A stretch of DNA of 63,266 nt, filler included, from Lophium mytilinum (Eukaryota): the NCBI GenBank assembly GCA_010093605.1. It is 14 parts of 4 records of this genome, joined end to end, with 100 filler letters (N's around TTAATTAATTAA, not from the genome) between each part and the next. Parts side by side here need not be neighbours in the genome. Positions count along the whole stretch, not along the records: positions 1 to 15,166 come from MU004188.1; positions 15,267 to 17,353 come from MU004188.1; positions 17,454 to 29,730 come from MU004189.1; 11 more parts are not named here. One strand, 5' to 3'. The translations under genes were made by a program, and so were the position numbers. Under the pieces are notes generated by a model, which saw nothing but the letters and a program-made list of their open reading frames with translations, had not been told where the DNA came from and ran no database searches. Shown here piece by piece: positions 14,255 through 25,287 of this stretch (positions are counted from its first letter, which is position 1; each line of letters starts with the position of its first letter).

Positions 14255-14454
14255 TATTATAGCTATATAATTACGCATAACACGTAACTAGAGGTTACGT
14301 AATAGAGGCTCTACAGAACGGGTAAACGTTGCTCCGCCCTTTAGGTTATTATAACGCCCGTTCTAGAAACCTCTTTCTTTCTTATATTTATCTTTTATTA
14401 ATATTAATACTATTTAATCTAATAATTCTAACGTTCCAACCTTAAGCCCTAATA
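14255..14454 (+). repeat. 3' LTR of element A
   Basis: 200-bp direct repeat of 5813-6012, followed by TSD TTCTA. Confidence 0.95.
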
Positions 14455-16206
14455 TTCTAGAAGTAATAGAATTATATAGTTATATTTTATAGGCTATATC
14501 TCTAGAATATATATAGATTAATAATATTTAGATTTACCTATTATAGTATACTATAAGGCTAACCCTTAAGTATAGCTTAAAATTAGTAGAGGTAGATTAA
14601 AAGTAAATAAGAAAGATAATAGGGCGATACTTAGATATTTAAAGGACTAATTAACTACTATATAGTACTTATATTCTACTAGGTAATTTAGCTATTAAAT
14701 ATATATTTAGATAAAAGCCTCTTAATATAACTAATATTTTACTAGATATAATAGTACTTAGTTCTAATCTAATTATTAGCCTAATATTATACCGGCCTTA
14801 ACTCTAACTCTTTAGAAGGTAGCTACTACTATAGTAACTTACGCCTTTTATAATAATAGCTAATATACTACTAGCGCATATTAGACTAAAGCTTTAAACT
14901 CTTTTAATAACCTACTTACTATTAAATTACAGCCTCTTTTTTAACCCTAACTATTTTATTTAGAATATAAGCGTATCTACCTATATTAATACTAACTAAC
15001 TATTTAAATATATTAGGCCTAATAGTAATATATAGTCTAGAATAGTAAAGGCTAATATACTTTAAATAGAAACTAAGTAGTAAGTCTAGCTTATATATAG
15101 TAGTACCTAGACTTAATAGACTAATCTATATATAGAGAGGTTACTACTAAGCTCTTCTTTTAACTCNNNNNNNNNNNNNNNNNNNNNNNNNNNNNNNNNN
15201 NNNNNNNNNNTTAATTAATTAANNNNNNNNNNNNNNNNNNNNNNNNNNNNNNNNNNNNNNNNNNNNCCCTACTACTATAATAGAGTAAATAGTAGTCTAC
15301 TAGAATAAACTAGTAGACCTTACTATTACTATCTATATTAATAGCTATATAGACTACTTTAAAGCGCTATATACTATATATAGTAGAAATAACCTAAAGA
15401 AAGCTACTATATTTTTCTAGCACCCTTAAAAAGATATTACTAACTTTAAGGTTAAATATAATATACTTATCTAGTCTATATATAAGTATTTACTATATCT
15501 AGTTTTAAGTTAAGAATTAGATAATATAAAGGGCGGCTAGTCTAATAAGCTAGAGATAAAAACTATACTAGAGGTAGTAAAGAAGGCCTATAGAAATAGC
15601 TTTAAAAGCTTCTTTATTAAGAATTAGGCCTATATAAGTCTATCTACTACTTCTCTATCTATATTTACTAACTATTTACTAGTATAAGAAGCTTATAGTA
15701 CCTGCGGTTCTAGATAAGAGTAGCTTTAAATACTCTAGAGGTAAAGAAGGTATAGTAGTATAGCTATATAAAAGCTATAGACTCTAAGTTAATATATCTA
15801 TAAATATACTTAATATTACTAGTAGCGTAGCACTAATTATATATATAAGCTATACTTTAATACCTACTCTACTAAGTATATTCTAATCTATAATTATTAA
15901 TATAGATATTAGAAAGACCTTCTACTACTACTAAGACCTAAAATATACGCCGCTACTATATATAAGAAGATTATATATTTACTAATCTATATTTAGTTCT
16001 CTTACTAATACATGCCTACTTTATTAACTCTAAAGATAGTTCTATATTTAAAGTTAGTCTTATAAACCTAATATTATTCTACTTAAATTACGCTACTTTA
16101 GGTAAGGCTATTAGCTGCTATATAGCTATATATAGAGAGAAAGGAAAGAAAGATAACTATAACCTTTAACTAGAAGTCTAAATTTATACTAAGTATATTC
16201 TTATAG

Positions 16207-16553
16207 TTAAGCTATAAATCTTAATATTCTAGAAGACTAAAAGTATATAAGTAGCGCTATTATTACTAGAGACCTATATCTTTATAGATAAGCTATATAT
16301 TAGGGCTTAAAGATAGAATATTAAATTAAATTAGATTAATATTTATAAAAGATAGATATAAGGAGAGAAGAGGTTTCTAGGGCCGACGTTATAATAGACC
16401 TAGGGTTAAAGCAATATTTACCCGGTCCGTAGAGCCTCTAGTATATAACCTCTAGTTACGTATTATAGTATAAATATATAGCTATAATACTATAGACCTT
16501 AATATACTAGAAGACTAGAGGTATATAAGAGGCGCTATTATTACTAGAGACCT
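16207..16553 (+). repeat. Two ~81-bp tandem units split by the solo LTR, possibly the leader of element C
   Basis: CTAGAAGACTA(A/G)A(A/G)GTATATAAG..GCGCTATTATTACTAGAGACCT at about 16229 and 16507; period is about 81 after removing the solo LTR and one TSD. Confidence 0.7.
16298..16489 (-). mobile_element. Solo LTR (192 bp) of a subfamily related to element A
   Basis: Reverse complement aligns with LTR A (TATTATAGCTATATA...GTAACTAGAGGTTA...AGAGGCTCTA...TAAGCCCTAATA). Flanked by TSD CTATA at 16293-16297 and 16490-16494. Confidence 0.9.
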
Positions 16554-16558
16554 TAGTA

Positions 16559-17353
16559 ATAGCTAAGGCTAAAGAGAAGAACTTAAGAATAGTAGTATTA
16601 GAATAAGAGACTTAAGGTATAACCTTAAAGAATAAATATAAAGCGCTACCTAATAAACTAGAGCCTATAGACTTTATAAAAGATAAAGATAAATTAGATA
16701 TATACTACTTTAATAATAAAAAGAACTAGATAGAGAAAGTTAACTAAAATAAAGAAAATACTATAGAGGAGGTATTATCTATAGAAGACCTAAATAGCTT
16801 AAAGGTAGTAGAGGCGGCCTTATATAAGGCTAAAATAGGCCTAATTATAGCTTAGACTAGTATTAAAGAGGCCTTAGAAATTATATATACTTATATAGTA
16901 AGGAATAAAAAAAAGAATACTAACTCTACTATTTTCTACTCTTCTAATATTATTTAAGAGACGCCTAAAAGTAAATATAGAAGGCGTATACGCTTAGTAT
17001 AGTAAGTACCTTCTTAAGAAATTACTAATTTTCTAGCGTATATATAGGTAGAAAGTAGCCTTAAATAGAACTATATAAGTCTATCTATATATACTTTCTA
17101 TATACCTTCTATACTCTTATACTACTACTAAGTTAACTTTTAATAGATATATAGTATATATATATACCTTATATTTTAGAGCCTACCTCTACTTTAAGCT
17201 CTAACTTAGAAACTACTTATCTACCTACTTTTAATATAAACCCTTTAAACTATATATGCTTAAAAATACTACTAGTCTTATAATACCTATTTAGAGATAT
17301 TCTATAGTTATAATACCTAGCGCGTTAAGCTATAATATAAGGGATTAAACCTA
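16559..17353 (+). pseudogene. Acidic ORF relic, probably the N-terminus of element C gag
   Basis: Frame starting ATA(ATG)GCTAAGGCT reads protein-like with RIP-type stops; lies upstream of the C pol fragment across a gap. No diagnostic motif seen. Confidence 0.4.
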
Positions 17354-17609
17354 NNNNNNNNNNNNNNNNNNNNNNNNNNNNNNNNNNNNNNNNNNNNTTA
17401 ATTAATTAANNNNNNNNNNNNNNNNNNNNNNNNNNNNNNNNNNNNNNNNNNNNAAGAGAAAGAATTAATAATTATAACTAATTACTACTTATTATAATAC
17501 CTATAAACTACTAAGAAAGCCTTACTAAGGCTTACTTAATAGATTAAGAATTTCTAGTAGTATAACCCTATAATATAGTATTACTTAAAAGCCCTTATAA
17601 TAGTGCTAG

Positions 17610-17795
17610 TATAAGAAATACAGCTATTAAGTACGTGCACGTCTCTAGCGTGTATATACCGGCTAGCACATGCGCACCCTATATAGTTTTATTATATAGA
17701 GCCTTATACTTAATACGCTTTATAATATAAACTTATCTTTAATAACTTAATGCGCCCGTGCCCTATATCTATACCGCACGCTCGCGTCCCTTATA
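17610..17795 (+). repeat. 5' LTR of element B
   Basis: TATAAG...GTCCCTTATA; direct repeat of 28478-28663, which still ends in intact CCCTTACA. Confidence 0.95.
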
Positions 17796-17797
17796 AT

Positions 17798-17805
17798 TAG
17801 TAGCC
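17798..17805 (+). promoter_or_regulatory. Possible tRNA-type primer-binding site of element B
   Basis: TAGTAGCC 2 nt after the LTR; reverting TA to TG gives TGGTAGC, as in tRNA-Met-primed elements. Short and RIP-altered. Confidence 0.35.
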
Positions 17806-17937
17806 AATTAGGCCAATTTAACTTCTCTAGCGACGGACGCCCCCATTTTCCTCTTTCTAATACTCTTATCCGCAATAACTAGATACTTATCTTAGTTGCT
17901 TTTCTAACGTCGACGTACTCTATACTAACGCCCGACC

Positions 17938-17966
17938 TTTCTCTCTCTCTTTCTCTCTCTCTCTCT
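17938..17966 (+). repeat. (CT)n microsatellite in the element B leader
   Basis: TTTCTCTCTCTCTTTCTCTCTCTCTCTCT. Confidence 0.8.
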
Positions 17967-18251
17967 AGTCTTTTCCTTTCTCTCCTATATAGAAGTTATA
18001 GACGTAAAGACGTTCTTATACTTATAACGCTATTATTAGCGACACTGCAAGTTACTTCTATATCTAACGGCAGCAGCATCGCTTATAGTAGAGCGGCTAC
18101 TATTAAATCTTAGTTAAAAGCGTAGAGCTATTAGCAACCGGGTTAGAATAGTAAGAGATAATAATATATTAATAAAATACTATCTCCTACTTACCCTTCT
18201 ATACCTACTTATCTACCTCTATCCTGCACTACTATAATATCTGCCTTATAG

Positions 18252-20940
18252 ATAGCTATAAATTATTAGCTGGCTATAACCTTAGGTAAATTAAGTACTA
18301 ATACCGGGCCCGACCTCCGGGTAATTCCGTCAACCCCGCACGTATAACCCCCTATTTTAGAGCGCGCTCTAGAAAGGCCTATTCTATAGCTAACTACAGG
18401 TCTATAGTACGCCTCGACCGGCATAAGATATAATTAACTATATTCCTATATCTAAAGTATAGTTATCTACGCCTAAGAAACTATAACTATATAGTTATAG
18501 CTAATTAGAATAGCTCTAACCCTATATAATAGTAAAAGACGTAGCTATATATATAGCTAGATTATTCTAATATAGCTATATACGTTACTATACTATTCTA
18601 ATATATAAATTAGTAATATAGCAGCTTTTAAAGCCTAGTAAGACGCCTCTATACTTAAGAATCTACCTAGAATAGCCCTTTAAAATATATACTATATTAT
18701 TATATAGAGGTAAGGTCTCTAACCTTCTCCCCTAGATAATAATCTTATAGACATCCTCGCCTAGATTATTAAGAAATATCTACCTACTTAAAAGGACCTT
18801 AAGCTTTCCCTAGACTAGAATATAGATAAGAATAGCATTTAAAACGCATTTCTTCTTAATATACTTAAAGCTATCTATACGCTTCTAGGCCTAAGTAATA
18901 CCTTTAATAATAACTAGAATAAGAGCAGCCTACTAACCGCTAATAGAATTAAGATTATTGCGCGGTATATTACTCTAGCTAAATTAGAACGTAAAGGAAA
19001 GGCACCCCAGCAAGACGCTACAGGCGCGGGCGTCGCGAAGGCCGGGAAAAGAAGGCCTAGGCGCTAGCTGTTAGCAACCCTAGCGGCCGGTAATAGTATT
19101 AAATATTATACTAAGAAGTAGTATAAGACTAATACTATCTTTATACGCTAGCTTCTATATAGCTAAGAATTCTACCCGATACTAGAGAGAGATTACGGAT
19201 ATAATAGCCGGTTAAGCTCGCGGCCTAGAGAAAATTATAATAAATTTAGAAAGGGCCAATTACATTAATAACTTACGTGCTATTTTTAACCCTATGTTAC
19301 CGGAATTCTTATTTCCTAATAATAAGATTACCGTTGCAAATATTAAATAAGTCGCAGCCCGTTTTAAGCAAGGACCGGGGGATAATAATAGCGGCGGCTT
19401 AGGCTTAAGTAACGACGACAAAAATAATAATAATAATGCCCCGAACACTAGCATTAGAAGGTCTACCTCTCTAATAGAAGATAGCGTATAATAAAGAATA
19501 GAGAATTACTTCTTTAGGGATAGCTCTAATCTAAATAAATATAACGCCTGTATATTCTAAGGATTTCTAGAATATATAGAAGGAATAGAGTAAATAGTCT
19601 AAGGCCTTCGCAAGTAGCTATAGCCCCGGCAGGCACCTATGCAGTAGATGACCGCGCAGTAGATAACCGCGTAGTAGTTATCCGCGCTAAGGGCACCCGT
19701 GCAGTAGGCGCCCGCATATTGCAGGCCGGAGTATATATAGAGTAGTTTTTTATAACCTAATTCTATAGGCCTATATTTTAATACTTAAACGCCTATATAG
19801 TTATTAGAATACCTCTATACTTTATATCTATATTAGAGTTATTACCTATAGTTAGTAGAAGGCGGATTAGTAGCTATAGTATAGTAGTATAGTCTTCCAG
19901 GTCGGAACTTTATAATAGCAACGCTACTAATATTACTACCTAAGCTTAGGCTAGTAGATATTATACTATTTAATTCTAATAAGAACTTAGTTAGTATCTT
20001 TATATAGCGCTTTAAGTAAATCGCGGCGCTATATAAAGATATACCTATTCTTTTATAGCTACCCTTATATATAATAGTAGATGCCCGTATCTAGTATATA
20101 TTATTGCCGCAAGCGGCGCAACTCTAGATAGATATAAGCTTAGCTTACTAGAAGGATTAGCTAACATAAGAGTACTAGAAAGCGCGCCACGTAGCCTAGT
20201 AGAAAGCTAATAATATAAAGTTCTCCTTCTAAAAGGCTAACTAGCTATCCCTATTCTAGTATATAATTAGAAAGGTTAATCTACTCTATAAAGCCGGTAT
20301 TAAGAATAAGTATAATATTATCTATAAGCTCTAGAATAGCCTAGACCCGGTCCTAATAAACTTAGTATAGATATATAAAGTAGGAGACACGTTATAGAAC
20401 TTCTAGTAACGCGTAAAGTAGTAGATGCCGGCGGCGGAGAAACTATAGTAGTAAAGTTACCTAAGGTATTTAATAAGTTTAGCGCTAACACCGGCGTATA
20501 AACTATACTTATTCTAGCGTAAAGCTATACTAAAGACGCCGTATTACTAACTAATAGAATAGCTTAGATAGGTGCTTATATAGGTTAGCAAGAAGTATAG
20601 AGATATAGCCGCCGGCAATAGAAGTAACTAGAAATAATAAGATAAACCTGCTAATAGGAAACTAGATAAATAGTACCCTATCTATGCGGCTAAAGAAAAA
20701 CTAAATAAGATGCATTTTATACATCTTTACCCCTACTACCTCCCGGCAGTAGAGTATAAGAAGAAAGTTGCAAAAGCCTATAATACCGCCGCAAGATTAG
20801 ATAATATTAAAAACGAAGACCTAGACGTCGCCATTAAGAATAAATATAAGGATAACAGCGATAGCGACAGCTTCTCCTAGATAATTAATAACCTTAAATT
20901 CCTTCTCCAGTCCTCGGAAAATAAGAACGCAAGATGTTAA
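18252..20940 (+). pseudogene. gag: gag of element B (RIP-disrupted; frame change near 19200-19265)
   Basis: Protein-like frames with RIP stops; Gln-rich 15-bp repeats at about 19630-19715; (C)PI(C)-x9-H-x4-(C) knuckle at about 20674-20730; stop TAA at 20938-20940. Confidence 0.7.
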
Positions 20941-23900
20941 CGCCGGGTTACGTCTTAATTATAGTGTTAAAATCCCCGGGCAATACCGTAACATCTTTAT
21001 TAATATATAATATCGCCGTTAAATACTATAAAGTTAGTTTAATAAAGTATATATAACCTGGGGAAAAATTCCTATAATATATTACTATATTAATTAACGC
21101 TATAATACTAGTAGGCAGGTAAGCCTATTTTAGCCTAGACTCGGGCAGTATTATTATGCTTATTAGTAATATATAGAGAAAATAATATTATCTAGACGCA
21201 GTAGTATTTAAAAGAAAGAAAAGTATTAAGATATTAAATATTAGTAAAAAACTAGTATGCTTATAGATATAGGCGTAATTTATATTACACCTTACTAATA
21301 CTAATAGAACTATTCTAGCCGTGCCTATTAAAGCCTATATTATTCTAAAGCTAGACTATAGTCTACTTCTAGAAATTAATAATTTACGGCCGGCAGGCCT
21401 TAGTATTATATAGGAAGATAAAGACAGCCTAGATAGACTTTAGGCGCAGTAATGCATGTTTCTACTAACTATCTTAGCTAAGAACCTGCCGCCTAAGATA
21501 AAACTACTAAAGGTAAAAGTATCTAGAGCCTTTCTTACTAGAGACGTTATTATAGAACTAGAATAAGGCCTTAATATCCCTATCTATAGTGTAAGTAGAG
21601 TTATAGGCCTATATTTATTTAAACCCTATATAGACTTTATTAATAAATATAAAGATATCTATAGCCTTAGGGTAAGAGCATTACTTCTAACTATAGATAG
21701 TAGTATACTATTTTCTAACTTTAGCACGCATGCGCTTATTCTTAAGAAAGAATAATAGCTAGAATACGTCTAGCTATATCGCAACAACGCTTCTATAGGA
21801 GACCTAAACGCAGGCGTGGACTTTATTAACGTTTTTAAAACTAGCGTTAAAGGTAATACGGGAAGCAGCAATACAAATGTATTAGACGCCGCCCCTAAGA
21901 ACGCTAATGTATTAGACGCCGACGTATCTAACGCCGCCGCCCAGGATGTAGACGTCTAGAACGCTGACGTCTAGAACGCCGGCTTAGGGAAAGAAGAAGC
22001 TATTAAGGAAGATACTAGTAAGAACGCCGCCGGCGCACCTATATAAGCTCTTAACGCTACTATAGATAAAGATAATAATAAAGGGGATATACCCTTTATT
22101 ATAAACCCTGTAGAGGGTAATATAGATCTCTTTAAAGCCTATATCTTAAACTATTTTAGGTAGGACTTTAGTAATAAGCTACACGCGCAGCTCTATAATT
22201 ACGCTAAACTCTTTAATAAATATCTAGGCCTTTTTAATAATAGTATAGAAATACCTATTCTATTTATAGATAAGACGGATATTAAGGGCTTAAAGTAAAG
22301 AGCCTATAGACTCTTAGAGCGGGATAAGCGCGCTATAGATAAGGTTCTAGATCCGCTTATAGAGTAAGGGCGCGTTAAAAAGGTTCCGCTAGGGTAACCT
22401 TTAGCAGCCGTATTACTAGCATTTATAGTCTAGAGAAATGGCAAACCGAGGGTTATTATTAATCTTAGGAAGATTAATATAAAACTATATCTAGATGCCT
22501 ACCCGCTACTATAGTAAGATAATATCTTTAATCTTTTAGGCGGCGCAGTTATCTTCTTATCTATAGATATAACTAAAGGCTTCTTCTAGTAGAGCATAAA
22601 GAAAGCTAATTACTAGAAGATAGGCTTTATAACTATATATAGAGGGTATAAATAGCTTATAGTCTCTATAATAGGCCTAGTAAATACGCCCGGCTTCTTT
22701 TAATACTATATAGAATCTCTATTTATACTATACCTATAGAAATTTATAGCCGTCTATATTAATAACGTTCTTATCTACTCTAGATTTAAAGAAGACTATC
22801 TATATTACCTTAATAAAGTTATAAATACTCTAAAAATAGCCGGCGTTACCCTTGCGCTAGCTAAATACTTCTTTAGATTCTCTAGCCTAGAAATACTAGG
22901 CTATTATGTATCTAGGCTAGGCCTTAGCACGTTAGATAAAAAGACGGAGGTAATTAAGAATATAAGGTTTCTAAAGACGCTCTATAAGCTTAAATCCGGG
23001 CTAGCCTTCTTTAGATAGTACCGCTAATATATTAAAAGATATAGCTACGTTATCGCGCCCTTATAAAAGCTAAAACTAGATAGCCTTAAGAATAGTCCTT
23101 AAAAAGGCCGCGCGCGAAAAAACTATATAACTGCGTAGAAGATTACTAATCCCCTAAAGGAGTACCTAGACGCCTAGAAAGTAGTAAAAGCAACGCTTTA
23201 TAGTAAGCTAGTGCTAGCCCTGCTAGACTATCTTAAACTATTTATTATCTACATTAATAGCTCTAAGAAGTATAGCTATAGATGCGCTATATATTAAATT
23301 AGATCTAACGGGATTAAATAGCTAGTTCTTTTTATTAGCTAATTACTAAAAAAGCATAAGCAAAATTACTAGGCCACGGAGTTAGAAGTAGGCGCCCTAG
23401 TTTAGGCGTTGCAGAAACTCTAATACTATCTAGACGGTAATAACTTTACTATATACGTAGACTATAAAGCCTTAAAATTGGCCTTATAAATAGGTAGTAA
23501 AAATAGGCAGTTAGCGCGCCTAAGAAAATAGGAGCTATATCTATCTATATTCCTGCTGCAGATAATAATTATCTATAAGCTAGAGAAATACTATAAGAAT
23601 GTAGATAGGCTTTTATAAATACCTACTATCTATAATAATATTATAGCTAAGGGCGTAGTAGACACCGCCGCCGCTAGCCTCGCTACTATAGTTATACGTA
23701 TTAAGGACACTTATAAGAAATAAATCTGCTTAAAGCTAAAGAAGAATAAAACCTTTAAAGTCGTCCTAGAACACCTTAGAATAAGAGTAAAATAAGGCAA
23801 TAAGACCCACTATTATAGGTTTTTCTTAGACAACAGCCTCTTATACCTAAAAGGCAGTAGTAATAAGTAATATCTATACTTACTAAGTAGCATAGTAGAT

Positions 23901-25160
23901 AACGCCGTTAAAAAGGCGCATAATAAAAGCGGCTATAATAGCGCTAACTAAGCCTACTATTATTTTAGGCATAAGATCTATACACCTAAACTATATTAGA
24001 AGATTAATAAATAGATACTAGCATGCCCAGCATATAAGACCTTAAAACTAAAAAATTAAAAGCCCTATAGATAGCTCTAGCTGGTATAGACACTAGATAG
24101 GCCTTTTATAACTCTTATAATTAACTTTATAGTAGTACTGCCCTCGTCTACTAATAGTAATAACGTAATTATAATAACTACTAATAAGTTCTCTAAGGCT
24201 ATACGCCTACTGCTAGAAAAGAAGATAGACACGGCCGAGACGTAGGCGCATTGCTTCTTTAATTAGATCTACTGTAATTAGGGCCTGCTAGAAGCAATTA
24301 TTAGCGACAGGGACCTAAAATTTATAAGCACCTTTTAGATAGAGCTATTTAGACGGTGCAAGGTAGACCTTTAGATAATAATATTATACTATCTATCTAT
24401 AGATAGGCAGGTAGAGAGAACTAACTAAATAGTAGAAATAACCTTATACTATCTGCTTATAGAATAGTATAAAATATAGTAGTAGAAGCTTCTACCGCAG
24501 GTAGAATATACTCTTAATATAGTAGTTAACGCCTTTAGCGGGTACATGCTATATAAGATTATATATAGTCTTATACTAAAAATATTCTATAGCACTAATA
24601 TAGATAATATCTCTATTCTAAGGGATAGAAAGGCACTATACTTTAATATAGTTAATACTCTTAAACTAGCCTAAGCTAAGATAGCAGCGTACTATAATAA
24701 GAACTATACGCCCCCGGACTTAAAAGATTCTATCTACCTTAAGGTTATTAGGGGCGTCTATTATAGCTATAGGCTCCCGGATAGTAGCTTACTATTACTA
24801 ATTTAAGTGGGCCTATTTAAGATTATAAAGCGTATTAGCCGCTTAGCCTATAAGCTTAAACTCCCTAAGAAATATAGATAAATCTACCCGGTTATTAGTG
24901 TCGCCTACCTAGAATAGGCGACCCTAGATTCTTTCTATAGGGAGCTTCTACCTCCGCAACTAATTATTATAGACGGCCACGATAAATACGTTATAGAGAA
25001 GATTATTAGGCGCAGAACTATAGAGGAAGGGGACGTCTATAATATTAAATAGAAAGGGTATAATAATAAGAAGGATATTATAGCGGAGCCAGTTAAATAA
25101 CTGCAGAAGAACGTTCTATAGATAGTGGAGAAGTTTAAGGCCTGCAGGCGCTCTTATTAG
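20916..25160 (+). pseudogene. pol: pol of element B (protease, dUTPase-like spacer, RT, RNase H, integrase, chromodomain), -1 frame to gag
   Basis: DSGS at 21138; PRV(V)I(D)LRKIN ~22446; DAYPL(P) ~22494; YI(DD)VLIYS ~22755; NY(W)ATELE ~23364; IISDRD(P)KF ~24297; G(P)FK ~24810; chromodomain YVIEKII...(V)K(W)KGY ~24985-25060. Confidence 0.95.
21870..21989 (+). repeat. 15-bp coding tandem repeat in B pol (D-A-D-V-x-like pentapeptide, ~8 units)
   Basis: In the pol frame: NTNVL DAAPK NANVL DADVS NAAAQ DVDV* NADV* NAGLG. Confidence 0.8.
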
Positions 25161-25287
25161 TAACGTAATTATAGTATTTTTAGTATTCTTAGCATTTATA
25201 GTAAAATATAGTTCCAGCATTACTAAGCTAAAAAGGCGGTAAATTACTAAAACTATAGATATTAAACCTACTATCTATAACTTTACT

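Larger units (their letters stand above)
5813..14454 (+). mobile_element. Full-length Ty3/Gypsy chromovirus-type LTR retrotransposon A (8642 bp), RIP-inactivated
   Basis: Two 200-bp LTRs. 5-bp TSD TTCTA at 5808-5812 and 14455-14459; the empty site with a single TTCTA is at about 51726-51730. Domain order gag-PR-RT-RH-IN-chromodomain. Confidence 0.97.
1..16090 (+). mobile_element. Family D (Plavaka/SNF2 element) copy 1, partial: 1-5812, 14455-15166, 15267-16090; interrupted by Gypsy A and a gap
   Basis: 1-5812 plus 14455-15166 is the reverse complement of about 55425-61930 and collinear with 47673-50750 and 50851-52440. 15267-16090 is the reverse complement of 31044-31870. Confidence 0.85.

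Noticed and set aside
15211..15222. Recurrent palindrome TTAATTAATTAA (13 times)
   Set aside because: Always centred in a 100-nt N spacer; an artificial six-frame-stop scaffolding linker, not biology.
19260..19454. ORF-track 64-aa minus-strand ORF
   Set aside because: Antisense shadow of element B gag; the Leu/Ile-rich composition is a RIP by-product.
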